Virus record (IMG/VR): IMGVR_UViG_3300031952_000001
Location: 124,001 to 188,000 of that record
DNA: 64,000 nt
Reading direction: 5' to 3' (one strand)
The translations under genes and the position numbers were made by a program. How positions within the stretch are numbered: position 1 is the stretch's first letter; every line of letters begins with the position of its first letter. Shown here in pieces: positions 30,693 through 40,698 of the stretch. The notes under the pieces are model-generated. The model was not told where the DNA came from. It was given only the letters and a program-made list of their open reading frames with translations, and did no database searches.

Positions 30693-31190
30693 ATGAAGCA
30701 AGTGATGATGTACGTTTCGGACGAGTTCCACGAGATGCTCGCCACGCACATGATCGGCGACGAGGTCTTGATCTACGGCATGGACTTCTACTTCGACAGC
30801 TTCAGGACGGAACCTCTCTACTCCGAGTCCGAAGGTGAGGACATCCCGGTGCTCACCTGCAACGCGGCCTTCCGTGCGATGACGGTGGGCAAGGGTCGCA
30901 CCGCGACCGAGCACATCAAGGAGAATGATCGCCTGTCCGCTGCCTTGAAGGACTCGATGCAGGAGCGCGCGGAGCGTGTCGCTGAGGCGCAGGGTTGGAG
31001 CTTCTGCGAGGGTGTCGGGCTCGCTCTTCGGAACATCAACGGCGAGATCGTTCCGTGCAACGAGGAGACCCGAAGGATCCTCCGAACCACGACGGTGTCC
31101 GAGCTGCTCGATGGGGAGAAGCGCGGGATCACGCAGAAGGACTACGACGACGTCGAGGAGTGCTTCGAGCTTAGAGTGGAGAAGAAGTGA
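30693..31190 (+). CDS. hypothetical protein
   Basis: Clean ORF with RBS in the rightward small-gene operon. Confidence 0.65.
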   Translation: MKQVMMYVSDEFHEMLATHMIGDEVLIYGMDFYFDSFRTEPLYSESEGEDIPVLTCNAAFRAMTVGKGRTATEHIKENDRLSAALKDSMQERAERVAEAQGWSFCEGVGLALRNINGEIVPCNEETRRILRTTTVSELLDGEKRGITQKDYDDVEECFELRVEKK

Positions 31191-31362
31191 AGCTCCAGAC
31201 CCTCAAGAAGAAGGCTAAGTGGGCCCTGAAGCACCGGCCGCTCTCTCTGGAGACCAAGCGGATGCTCGAAGAGCTACTCACGAACCCTCACCCCGAGAGC
31301 CTCCCGCCGGAAGCTCTGGAGCTGATCCGCCAGAAAGTGCAACCCGAGCTTTCCCCGACCCC

Positions 31363-31390
31363 TTGACACACCAAAATTGATGGTTACATT
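31363..31390 (+). promoter_or_regulatory. solo class 1 (early-type) promoter
   Basis: CCCCTTGACA-16-(TGGT)TACATT plus TAGGCAGGG...GAACAAGGAGG leader, as in the 0.8-8 kb array. Confidence 0.82.
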
Positions 31391-31420
31391 AGTAGGCAGG
31401 GAAGAACAAGGAGGTTCGGG

Positions 31421-32851
31421 ATGCAGTGGTTCGAAGTCGACCGAAAGGGGCTGGGGAAGCTGCTGGAGCGCCGCGGCTTCGGGTTCGTACTCTTCGAGTT
31501 GGTACAGAACGCCTTGGACACCGCGGCGAAGGTGATCACGGTCGACTTCCATAAGGTCCCGCGCTCGCCGTACGCCACCATCTCCGTGGAGGACGACGAT
31601 CCCACAGGGTTCAAGCGCCTGACGGACGCCTGGACGTTGTTCGCCGAGTCGGACAAGAAGGTCGACCCGACGCTGCGTGGCCGGTGGAACCTCGGTGAGA
31701 AGCTCGTTCTCGCCCTGTGCAAGACCGCCCGCATCGAGAGCACGACCGGTACCGTGGTATTCGATGAGAAGGGACGCCACCGAAACCGGTGCGCACCCCG
31801 TACGGCCGGCTCCAGGTTCTACGGCGAGTTGCGATGCTCGCAGGAGGACTACGAAGCCGCGTGCGAGGACTTCAAGGCGCTCATCGTTCCGAAGGGTGTC
31901 GACTTGAGGTTCAACGGAGACACCCTGTCGTGGCGTGAGCCGGTCACGACTTTCAAGGCTCCCCTGGTCACCTTGATCGCGAACTCCGAAGGGGCCCTGA
32001 TGAAGACGACCCGTCAGGCTCTCGTGGATGTCTACGAGCCCCGGAGTGGCGAGGTCGGGACTTTGTACGAGCTGGGGATCCCGGTCATGGAAACGCAGGA
32101 CAAGTTCCACTACGACGTCCGCCAGAAGATCCCCCTCGGGTTCGAGCGGGACAACGTGCCTCCGGTGTACCTGGCGGATCTCCGTGCCCATGTGCTCAAC
32201 GAGACGGCCGAGCTGCTGGACAAGGAGGAGGCGACCCATGAATGGGTGTCCGAGGCCCTGGGGCGCAAGAACGTGGAGCCCGACGCCGTCGACCGAGTGC
32301 TTGACCTCCGCTTCGGGAAGAAGCACGCCATCTGGGATCCGACGGACAAGGAGGCAAACAACCGCCTCATAGCCGAGGGGTACACTGTCATTCATGGCCG
32401 GACGTTTTCGAGAGCTGTCTGGGAGAACATCCGGCTGGGGAAGACCAAACCCTCCGGGAAGATCTCCCCGACGCCGAAGCCCTACAGCAACGATCCGAAC
32501 GCGCCCGAGGTGCACGTCCTTAGCGACGAGGAGATGACCCAGGAGATGCGTGAGTTCCGGGACTGGGCGGAGCACGTCTCCTACCTGGGCATCGACATGC
32601 TCGTGCGAATTCGCCTGGTGAACACCACGAACAACTTCGCCGCATGCTTCGGTCACGGGTGCCCGCTAGACATCAACGTACGCAAGACCAAGAACCTGTT
32701 CCAGAACTGGAGTCACCACAAGATGGCGTGGCTCCAGCTCCTCATCCACGAGCTGGCGCACTACTACGCGGACAACCACCTCTCGGACGACTACCACCAG
32801 GCGTGCTGCAAGGTCGGAGCGCGGCTCGCGCTGTGCAAGGAGAAGCTCTAG
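31421..32851 (+). CDS. GHKL (HATPase_c) ATPase with C-terminal HExxH zincin-like motif
   Basis: N-box FELVQNALD; G1 VEDDDPTGF; G2 RGRWNLGEK; C-terminal LLIHELAH...H. Confidence 0.8.
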   Translation: MQWFEVDRKGLGKLLERRGFGFVLFELVQNALDTAAKVITVDFHKVPRSPYATISVEDDDPTGFKRLTDAWTLFAESDKKVDPTLRGRWNLGEKLVLALCKTARIESTTGTVVFDEKGRHRNRCAPRTAGSRFYGELRCSQEDYEAACEDFKALIVPKGVDLRFNGDTLSWREPVTTFKAPLVTLIANSEGALMKTTRQALVDVYEPRSGEVGTLYELGIPVMETQDKFHYDVRQKIPLGFERDNVPPVYLADLRAHVLNETAELLDKEEATHEWVSEALGRKNVEPDAVDRVLDLRFGKKHAIWDPTDKEANNRLIAEGYTVIHGRTFSRAVWENIRLGKTKPSGKISPTPKPYSNDPNAPEVHVLSDEEMTQEMREFRDWAEHVSYLGIDMLVRIRLVNTTNNFAACFGHGCPLDINVRKTKNLFQNWSHHKMAWLQLLIHELAHYYADNHLSDDYHQACCKVGARLALCKEKL

Positions 32852-32853
32852 CC

Positions 32854-33096
32854 TCACTCGATGGGTTCGGTCCCTTCCGGCATCGTGATCAGATCGAAGT
32901 CGGCCTTGAGGACCTCGACGAGCCTCTCCACCTCCAGCATCCGGCACCTCGTTCGTCCCTGGATGCGGGCGTTCATCGTCATCTTGGAGATCGACAAGGC
33001 CTTCGCCAGGTCCGTAGGGGTCAGGTCCTGTCGAATCATCGCGATCTTGATCTCCTTGCGGTTCAAAACGCGACCCTGAATCTTCCTTGCCGCCAT
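32854..33096 (-). CDS. XRE/Cro-CI family HTH regulator
   Basis: IKIAMIRQDLTPTDLAKALSISKMTMNARIQG...EVERLVEVL. Confidence 0.75.
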   Translation of the reverse strand: MAARKIQGRVLNRKEIKIAMIRQDLTPTDLAKALSISKMTMNARIQGRTRCRMLEVERLVEVLKADFDLITMPEGTEPIE

Positions 33097-33172
33097 TGAT
33101 GCGCTCCTTTGGTTTACAAACCCTTGTAAACTGATACCATAAATTCTTAAACTGGGGGAGCGGTTTTTAAGA

Positions 33173-33517
33173 CTACGCGGATGGGCTTCTGCCGTAGGCC
33201 GAGCCGTACCATGAAATCGTGAGGATTCCGCCGTTACCTGTCGGAGGGTCTACCGCTACGTTGAAGACGGGAGTGATCGAGAAGGTGTAGCTCAGGGCCG
33301 TCAGCCACTCGCTGAATGGGGCGCTTTTGAAGAGCCCGATTTCCACCTCGGTAAGGTCCAGAGCGGTCGACAAAAGCTCCTCGCTGATCGCGGTGGTGAC
33401 GGCGGTCTCGATCTTCGTCTTCACGGCCGCGGTGCTGGGCTCTTCGTCGATCTCCCCCTCCAGCCGGGCTGCGATGACTTCGAGAACCTGTGCCTGGGCT
33501 TCCTGCGCGGTGATCAT
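33173..33517 (-). CDS. acidic hypothetical, possibly virion protein
   Basis: Preceded by a class 3 promoter (33543-33570, minus strand) and a GAGGAGG RBS. Confidence 0.6.
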   Translation of the reverse strand: MITAQEAQAQVLEVIAARLEGEIDEEPSTAAVKTKIETAVTTAISEELLSTALDLTEVEIGLFKSAPFSEWLTALSYTFSITPVFNVAVDPPTGNGGILTISWYGSAYGRSPSA

Positions 33518-33604
33518 GGTATCCTCCTCTGTGACGCCTCGCAGTGTACCACAGCCTGTTTGCATTTTTAGATCTCATAACACTTTCGTGTTATGTTTTG
33601 CACC

Positions 33605-33961
33605 ATGCGCTTGGCCCTGTCAGATCGATCCCTTCTCAAGATTTCCGAGGCTCAGGTGGAGCCTTGGTTCGAGGATGTTCCCATCGATAGCCTGTCTCCG
33701 ACCGAGGACCTCGCCACAAAGGACCCCCGAGAAGTTGCTGACATGGCGGAGATGATGCGCCTCTCCGAGGGCTGGCCTGAAGGCATGCCTGAGATCTCCG
33801 TCCTCTACAACGGGGGTGGGGAGTACCTCATCGTCGATGGGCACCATCGGTGGCTCGCCGCCCAGGCCGCAGGGCTCGACTACCTGCCGGCCAAGGTCTA
33901 CCCCGAGGACTGGAACGATCTCTTCGATTACTCGAAAGAGTACGATTTCCGGCAGAAGTAG
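33605..33961 (+). CDS. ParB/sulfiredoxin N-terminal-like domain protein
   Basis: DVPIDSL...YLIVDGHHRWLAAQAAGLDYLPAKV. Confidence 0.82.
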   Translation: MRLALSDRSLLKISEAQVEPWFEDVPIDSLSPTEDLATKDPREVADMAEMMRLSEGWPEGMPEISVLYNGGGEYLIVDGHHRWLAAQAAGLDYLPAKVYPEDWNDLFDYSKEYDFRQK

Positions 33962-33965
33962 CCTC

Positions 33966-33995
33966 TTGACTTCTTACCGAAGCTCCCTATATTAT
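33966..33995 (+). promoter_or_regulatory. class 2 promoter
   Basis: TTGACT-16-TATATTAT. Confidence 0.65.
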
Positions 33996-34019
33996 CAAGC
34001 AGGTTAGAAGGGAGCACGC

Positions 34020-34295
34020 ATGTCCAAGCAAACCATCAAAGAGCAGATCGCAGAAATCGACGATGGGATCCTCCTCGCGGACGGCTTCGAGGAGGCCCTG
34101 ATTGGGGTCTCTACCCAGTTCACCCGCGGGACTATCGCGCTGTACGACTGGGACAAGTGTGTGAAGATCCTGATGGAGCGTGACAAGATGGACTACGACG
34201 AGGCCGTCGAGTTCATGGACTTCAACGTCACCGGATCCTGGGTCGGGGAGAAGACGCCGGCTTTCGCTCGGCTGATGGTCGAGGAGCCCGAATGA
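34020..34295 (+). CDS. conserved-looking phage hypothetical protein
   Basis: ADGFEEALIG...YDWDKCVKIL...EAVEFMDFNVTGSWVGEKTP. Confidence 0.75.
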   Translation: MSKQTIKEQIAEIDDGILLADGFEEALIGVSTQFTRGTIALYDWDKCVKILMERDKMDYDEAVEFMDFNVTGSWVGEKTPAFARLMVEEPE

Positions 34296-34798
34296 CGCGC
34301 TGGACCTGGAAAGAGCTGGCCCACGTCAATTCCTACGGGGTGGGAAAGGACCAGCAGGCTTGGCGAGACAAGTCCTACGAGGACTTCCTCGTCACCTACG
34401 GCTACATGGGGATCCTGGCCCTGGCGATCTCCAGGAAGATGTCGCCGGCCTCGAAGAGGTCCCAGCAGAGACCTACCATTTTCGACAACCGTCCTCTCGA
34501 TGCGCTTCTGGGCCTCTACCGGAGGATGTACTGGAGGACGTACGGCAAGAAGGAGTGCGAGCCATGACCGAGGAGCGCGTTCCCGTCCTCCCCATCACCT
34601 GCCCGATATATCACGGCAGGGATCGCTGCAACGGCGTCCTCAACTACAAAGGCACCTTCCACACGGACATGGGCACCGCGAACGGGGTGGACCTGAACTA
34701 CTTCACGGAATACTTCGTCTGCGCGGACTGCAAGACCGAGGTGCAACGCACCTACATATGGATGGTCACTCCTCGATGACAATCTTTCCCTCCAGGTC

Positions 34799-34827
34799 TT
34801 GACTTCACCTCCAGGCATGACTATATT
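34799..34827 (+). promoter_or_regulatory. class 2 promoter
   Basis: TTGACT-17(...GGCATGAC)-TATATT. Confidence 0.75.
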
Positions 34828-34852
34828 ACCAGCAGGGAAGCTAGGAGGTTCA

Positions 34853-35395
34853 ATGATCCAGATGATGCAGTCGGAAGCAGTTGTGGTGAAGATTCGGAAG
34901 GCGTTCATCGCCGGAGAGACCCAGACCGCGCTCGCGGCCAAGTACGGGTTCTCAAAAGAAGCGATTCGACAAGCCGTGCGGTACATCACCTACAAGGACG
35001 TCGCCCCCGAGCTGATGAAGGCCTGCCTCGCTTCCGAGGCCCGGGGGAACAAGGCGCTCGATGGGAAGATCGTTGGGGAGATGCGCAAGCTCTATCGTAA
35101 GGGTGCGACGGCCACCGAGCTGGCGGCCAAGTACGACTGTACGGTGTCGACCGTCCGGTCCGCTCTTCTGGGGAAGAGCCAATATCCCACGAAGGTGCCA
35201 CCTCTGGAAGAGCTGCGAGCGAACACTGTTCACGGGGAGCACCACCCACATGTCAAGCTCACCTCGAAACAGGTTTCCGAGATTCGGAGACGGCGAGGTG
35301 AGGGTGAGCCCTACGCGAGTCTCATGAAGAAGTTCAAAGTCTCCTCCATGCAGATCCGGAGGATCGTGACGGGGGAGGCGAGGGCCAATGGTTGA
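34853..35395 (+). CDS. triple HTH-repeat protein (resembles the C-terminal DNA-binding repeats of HNH homing endonucleases; no nuclease domain)
   Basis: Three IR....G....LA.K(Y/F).vs...I repeats; GEHHPHVKLT..QV.EIR motif. Confidence 0.7.
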   Translation: MIQMMQSEAVVVKIRKAFIAGETQTALAAKYGFSKEAIRQAVRYITYKDVAPELMKACLASEARGNKALDGKIVGEMRKLYRKGATATELAAKYDCTVSTVRSALLGKSQYPTKVPPLEELRANTVHGEHHPHVKLTSKQVSEIRRRRGEGEPYASLMKKFKVSSMQIRRIVTGEARANG

Positions 35396-35740
35396 CCTGG
35401 ACGCCTTCGCGGAGGAGCTGGCGGCGCGGGTAGAGCTTCCGCTGGATAGTCCCTCCAGCCTGACGTGGCCTTGGATCCTTTTCACGATTCTCAGTATCGT
35501 CCTGGTGAACCTCTTCGGGGCCACTGCGGCTGTGGTCGGTGGCTGCTGCGGAATGTACCTCTTTTCTTTACTCGGGTGGGCCTGGAAGAGGGTCAAGGTG
35601 CGAAGGCTATTCGTGGGCCTGGCGGTCAAGTCCCGAGCGGCGTTTCCTGATGCCGGCAAGGAGGAGGTCATCATCGGTACCCTCCTGGCGTGGAAGAACA
35701 ACGGGCTCCCCCCGATCAAGGTTCGCCTGCCCGAGCACTA

Positions 35741-36466
35741 CTAATCGAACTTGATCTTCGGGAACCTGGTCTTCTTGGCGGGGACGGGGACCTGCAAGGC
35801 CGTGCTCCCGCGGGTAGGTGCGATACCTTCGACACGCCCCCACATCTCCAGGTGCCGGCGGTTGCGTATCCGCTCGATGATCCTGGAGACCGCGGTCCCC
35901 GCGACCCCGCTGAAGCACTCCTTGCAGATGTAGGTCCGCTCTTCGGAGCGCCCTTCCAGCTTCCGCAACTCCATGTCGTCCAGGGGCAGATCGACCGTGA
36001 TCTTGACGACCACATGGTCGATAGTGATGTTGATGGCGGTCGGGAAGAACTCACAGGTCAACGGGAGGACGTCCTCCTCGGTGAAGGTGTCCTTGCAGCA
36101 GACGCACTGGAAGGTGCCCTTCAAGGACTCCTTCTTGAGCTGGGCCACCTGCCTCTTCAGCTCGTCGTTCTCCTCGCGGGTCTTGTTCAGCTCTACCTGG
36201 AGATCCTCACAGAACTGCTGGCTGAGTTCGCACTGGGCGTGCTGGGCCGCCTCCGTGGGCTGGAGCTTGCCCAAGACCTGGGCCTCGGCGAACGCGCCCC
36301 AGCCGGCCCTGTAGACGTTCCAGTCGCGCATCTTGGGATCGGAGTCCTTCAGCGTTCTGTACCTCGGGCTCATCACGAGGTCGAGGAACCTCCGAGCGAC
36401 CTCGTTGTCCGGATGCCGGGGGTCCAGCGCGATCTCGTCCCAGTTGTGCTTCTTGTTTTTGAACAT
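35741..36466 (-). CDS. hypothetical protein with coiled coil and CxxC pair
   Basis: CVCC...CKEC. Confidence 0.6.
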   Translation of the reverse strand: MFKNKKHNWDEIALDPRHPDNEVARRFLDLVMSPRYRTLKDSDPKMRDWNVYRAGWGAFAEAQVLGKLQPTEAAQHAQCELSQQFCEDLQVELNKTREENDELKRQVAQLKKESLKGTFQCVCCKDTFTEEDVLPLTCEFFPTAINITIDHVVVKITVDLPLDDMELRKLEGRSEERTYICKECFSGVAGTAVSRIIERIRNRRHLEMWGRVEGIAPTRGSTALQVPVPAKKTRFPKIKFD

Positions 36467-36525
36467 GGTCTGGAGTATATAAGACAGGCCTCCCAAGCTC
36501 CACAAAAAAAGTTTGTTCAGGTATC

Positions 36526-36554
36526 TTGACAACCCATCCAAGCTGACCTATATA
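36526..36554 (+). promoter_or_regulatory. class 2 promoter
   Basis: TTGACA-17(...AGCTGACC)-TATATA. Confidence 0.7.
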
Positions 36555-36867
36555 TGCTCAGTCACACAGTGGAGGGACGGATGCCCAACTGCTTCAAGCA
36601 CGCGAAGGACGGTATCACCATCGAGTGGGAAGTCGGAATCGACTGCCCCCTTTGTTCAGCACTGGACGAGCGCGCAATCCTGCAAGAGAGGCTCGACCAG
36701 GCTCTCGAAGAGCTGAAGACCATCCATGAGCGCTTCCAGGACATCATGGAAGAGGCCGCGGCGAGTGCACCTTCCATCCCCGCGAACAAGCGGCGCAGAG
36801 GCCCACAGGCTCCTGCCTCTCGGGACGTCTACGAAGACCTGGCGGACCTGGACGAGGGCGACTGAAC

Positions 36868-37383
36868 GTGGCCCCACATCTCATCGATACCGTGGTCACG
36901 CAGCTCCCCGAGTTCGTCGAGGGCTCCGATCCCGATGCCTACGCCCCGAGCGTGGTGCAGGCCATCGAGATGCTGAAGCCCTGGATGCACCAACTCTGCC
37001 GAATTTGGATCCGCGCCAAGGACGCCTACAGGCTGGTCGAGAACTCTGCGAACCCCGAGTACAAGCACCCTGAACTGCTGGGCCTCCCGTGGAGGGTTGC
37101 CCTGGCGCTCAAGTTCCGCGGGTTCCACCTGTACACTTGTATAGCTCTGAAATCGAAGGACTGGATGCTCGACCACGAGTACCTGTTCCTGCTCCGTGCA
37201 ACGACGTTGCCGCACTCCGTGGAGTCGCATCACCGGAAGGAATGGCCCCAGGAAGGCGAGGACTGGCTCCGGTGGATCGTGGACTCCAGCCAGGTGATGA
37301 CGTGTTTCTACGATCCTTACCAGAACCCCAAGATCAAAGAGTTCGTAAAGAAGAACGGCCGGCGCTGGCTGGGTGAGGAGTAG
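36868..37383 (+). CDS. hypothetical protein
   Basis: Clean ORF in operon. Confidence 0.6.
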   Translation: MAPHLIDTVVTQLPEFVEGSDPDAYAPSVVQAIEMLKPWMHQLCRIWIRAKDAYRLVENSANPEYKHPELLGLPWRVALALKFRGFHLYTCIALKSKDWMLDHEYLFLLRATTLPHSVESHHRKEWPQEGEDWLRWIVDSSQVMTCFYDPYQNPKIKEFVKKNGRRWLGEE

Positions 37384-37569
37384 CGTGGAAAATCGAGACA
37401 TCGAGACGGTAGGCGACCTGCGGTCCGAGCTGGAGGGTATCGAGGACTCGGCCCCCTTCTATCTTTTCGAACAGATCAGCGCAGCTTCGATGGGTAAAAA
37501 GCTCGTCGTCCGGATAGAGATGTTGGACAAAGCGGTCGTGATGAACTGCGCGACCGAGAAGGAGTAGCC

Positions 37570-38352
37570 ATGTTCAAGAAGCTCATCGACAAGATCTTCG
37601 GACGGAAGAAGCCGACGGTTCGAGACGAGATCCTGAAGGACCTGGAGAAGTTCGTTTCGATGGGCATCACCCAGACCTCCAGGTGGATCGCACCAACGAA
37701 TATCACCGTCACCAACAGCACCTCGTCGATAACGAGCGGGCCAATGCTCTTCTTGAACACTGGCGGCATCATGGACTCCGGAACTCCGGTCGGGGATCCC
37801 GAATCCTCGGACCAGCGCGTCGAGGTGACGCCCAAGGACATCGTCGCAGAGTTCGAGCAGCCGGTGGACATCAACCTGGAAGACCTCGAACGGAAGCTGG
37901 GCCTGCTCTACGAGCGCGCCGAGCTGTACAAGACGACGATCCGGCAGCCCATCCCTCCGGACATCCGGCACGCGATCAGCATCTTGGAGGCGCGGAAGAA
38001 CTACCCGAAGCTCGCGGAGTGGATTCCCTGGAAGACCACGACGCAGGAGAAGATCAACGATCTGTGCAAGAAGTACAAGCTCTCGCACCAGGGCACCGAG
38101 GACTTCATCCCCGAGCTTCCCCAGGAAGCCGTGGACGAGATCACCGCCTACCGGAAGGTGCACGAGGCGGCGTTCTCCCACGAGCCCAAGATCACCCCTC
38201 CGGTGGTGCTCTCCATCATCGCCCCGACGAGCATGTTCAAGACTCGGAAGGGCGATCCCATCCTCCTGGCGAAGTCGCCCTTCGGCGATTTCTTCTACGT
38301 GCTCTGCGCGTGGGACGAGGAAGTCGCGTTCGTGAAAGATTTACTTGCGTAG
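37570..38352 (+). CDS. phage hypothetical protein (DPILLAxSPFG...AWDEE C-terminus)
   Basis: AAGGAG RBS; motif recalled from large-phage hypothetical proteins. Confidence 0.75.
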   Translation: MFKKLIDKIFGRKKPTVRDEILKDLEKFVSMGITQTSRWIAPTNITVTNSTSSITSGPMLFLNTGGIMDSGTPVGDPESSDQRVEVTPKDIVAEFEQPVDINLEDLERKLGLLYERAELYKTTIRQPIPPDIRHAISILEARKNYPKLAEWIPWKTTTQEKINDLCKKYKLSHQGTEDFIPELPQEAVDEITAYRKVHEAAFSHEPKITPPVVLSIIAPTSMFKTRKGDPILLAKSPFGDFFYVLCAWDEEVAFVKDLLA

Positions 38353-39033
38353 TTGGTAGGCCTGCGAGGCGGCTTAGAGACCTCGACGTGAAGGACCTGC
38401 TCGCGTATCTCGAAAAACAGGAGGCCCGAGATGGATGCTCTGCTGGTGAAAGACCTGCGCTTGATGAGAAAGACTACATTCGAAAACGCTGCTCCAGCTA
38501 TCTTGGAGACCCACAGGATCTGCAAAAAAGTGGATCTGCCCGGCATTCCCCCGGACGGACTGGCCCTTCAAGATGCACACATGACCATGTTGATCGACGG
38601 GGCCGTGTACGATCTCGTGAACAAGTCTCTCCTTGTGCGCATCAAGTCGGAGGCTTTCTACGAAGCGGGCATGGTGGAGCGCTCGCTGCTGGCGCACCAG
38701 GCGCTCGGCTGGGCGATGTTCCAACCCCCAGAAAACAAGGAGAGGTCCGATGACAGAAGCAAAGAGGACTAGCAAGAACGTTCTGGAGGCTCGAAAGATC
38801 CTCGAAGGTGACTGCGCTTCCTTGATGCCGGACAGCGGCGGGTTCTGTACCTGCCCGGCGACAAGTGATGGCGTGATCCTGTCGACGTACGGCTCGCGCG
38901 GCATCTTTCTCTCGGTGAAGAACCTCTACAATATCGTGGAGCACATTCTGGAGGGTAAGGCCCACTCCACACTCGTACTCGACGAGTTTGACATTCCGGA
39001 AGTATCGGCCGTGGTAGAAGGAGAAGAGCCAAA

Positions 39034-39744
39034 ATGACACTCGGGAAGTTCATCGTCTTCGAGGGCGCGGACGGTGCCGGCACGACGACGCAGTCGAAGC
39101 TCCTGATGGAGGCTCTCCTAGCTCTCGGGCTGCCGGTGATTCAAACCTTCGAGCCCTCGAACAACGTGATCGGAAGGACACTGCGCGAAATCCTGTCAGG
39201 AAAGCATGGAGGTCTTGAAGTCTGGGGCTGGCGTGAGCTGTCGTACCTCTTCATGGCGGACAGGATCCACCATGTGAAGACCGTGATCGCCCCGGCCCTC
39301 AAGGCGGGGACGCACGTCATCTGCGACAGGTATTACGCGAGCACGCTCGTCTACCAGAGCACCAGCGCGCCTTCGCACAACGAGCAGCTCGACAGGATCT
39401 TTTCTCTCTTGAAAGAGATGCAGGGCCAGCCGGACTTCCTGGAACCCCACCTCTGGCTCTACCTGCGGGTCTTGGATGTCGGTGTTCTCGAAGCGCGCAG
39501 GTCGTCTCGGGGCAGCGAAGAAATCTATGAGAAGACCGAGCTTCAGCGGAAGGTTGTCGATCTCTATGAAACCTGGAGCGCCCGCACTGTGCGTCCACAG
39601 CACAGCACTGTCCGCCGGGTGGACGCAACCCGGGAGATCCGGGAGGTCTTCACCGATTGTCTTCGGAGCACCTTGCTCCTTGTCGCAGCGGAGAAGCTCG
39701 ACCTGGTCGATGAGACCGTGGCGAAAGTCCTGGAGAAGATCTGA
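39034..39744 (+). CDS. tmk: thymidylate (dTMP) kinase
   Basis: FIVFEGADGAGTTTQ P-loop, TFEPS, LFMADRIHH, VICDRYYASTLVYQ. Confidence 0.9.
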   Translation: MTLGKFIVFEGADGAGTTTQSKLLMEALLALGLPVIQTFEPSNNVIGRTLREILSGKHGGLEVWGWRELSYLFMADRIHHVKTVIAPALKAGTHVICDRYYASTLVYQSTSAPSHNEQLDRIFSLLKEMQGQPDFLEPHLWLYLRVLDVGVLEARRSSRGSEEIYEKTELQRKVVDLYETWSARTVRPQHSTVRRVDATREIREVFTDCLRSTLLLVAAEKLDLVDETVAKVLEKI

Positions 39745-40247
39745 TGGCCGAAGAAGAAGTCTCCATCGGGGAGCTGTACAAGCTCTCGATCTACATGCAG
39801 GGCGTCTGGTGGTACGCAGACGATGACGACAACCCCTTCGACGTCGCCATGCTCGTCTGTCCGGACGGAGACAAGATGACGTACCTGTACACGCTGCGGG
39901 GTGCCCAGATCCAGTTCGTCAGGACCGAGAAGACACCTTCGAAGCTCTGGGCCGCGCCGAGCAAGAAGAACCCCATCATGGACAAGTTCGGGTGGAGGAT
40001 CTGGAAGGACGATGCACCCATAAACTACATGCTGCCCCCGCGGCTCTATAATGACGCTGTGAGGGACCTGCTCCAGCAGACGCAAGAGTTCCGGCAGTCG
40101 CTCTCTGAGGCTCGAAAAGTGGTCACCGCTTTCGATACCAAGATCAAAAAATCCGCCGCGCTGAAGAAGTCGCGAGCGGAGTGGGCCGCGTGGGTTGCAG
40201 AACGAAGACCGGGAGGGACAAATGGCAGCAGAGGATCTGATCGATGA
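39744..40247 (+). CDS. hypothetical protein
   Basis: TGATG coupling to tmk. Confidence 0.7.
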   Translation: MAEEEVSIGELYKLSIYMQGVWWYADDDDNPFDVAMLVCPDGDKMTYLYTLRGAQIQFVRTEKTPSKLWAAPSKKNPIMDKFGWRIWKDDAPINYMLPPRLYNDAVRDLLQQTQEFRQSLSEARKVVTAFDTKIKKSAALKKSRAEWAAWVAERRPGGTNGSRGSDR

Positions 40248-40698
40248 CACTGAGGGCAGAGACCTCATTGATGACTTCCTGAAGAGGCAAAAACCCTTAC
40301 TGGAAGATCTGACCGCTCGACAGAAGGAGATCCTGAGCATCATCTCCAGCCACATGGTTCGGGAAGGAGTCTCTCCCTCTCTAAGAGAGATCGGTCGCGA
40401 TGCCGGCATCGCTTCTCTCAATGGAGTGGTTGACCACCTGAAGGCCTTGATCCGCAAAGGGTGGCTCCGGAACTCGGGGAAGGGGCGTGCCCGCGGGTAC
40501 GTTTTGAGCGCCGCAGCTACAGGGGTTGTTCCCGGGGTGTCCAAGAATGTGAACCACATCACCTTGAGGAAGCTGAACGACTTCATTCGAGACTTTCCGG
40601 ACAACGTCCTGGCTGATCTGGCATCTTGCGAAACCCCGCAGGACGGGGCCTTGCTTATCGTCAATCTCGTGGACGACATCCTGTCGGGCAACTACTAG
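40222..40698 (+). CDS. LexA-type N-terminal DNA-binding domain protein lacking the S24 peptidase domain
   Basis: LTARQKEILSII...GVSPSLREIG..AGIASLNGVVDHLKALIRKGWL...RARG; unrelated short C-terminus. Confidence 0.85.
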   Translation: MAAEDLIDDTEGRDLIDDFLKRQKPLLEDLTARQKEILSIISSHMVREGVSPSLREIGRDAGIASLNGVVDHLKALIRKGWLRNSGKGRARGYVLSAAATGVVPGVSKNVNHITLRKLNDFIRDFPDNVLADLASCETPQDGALLIVNLVDDILSGNY

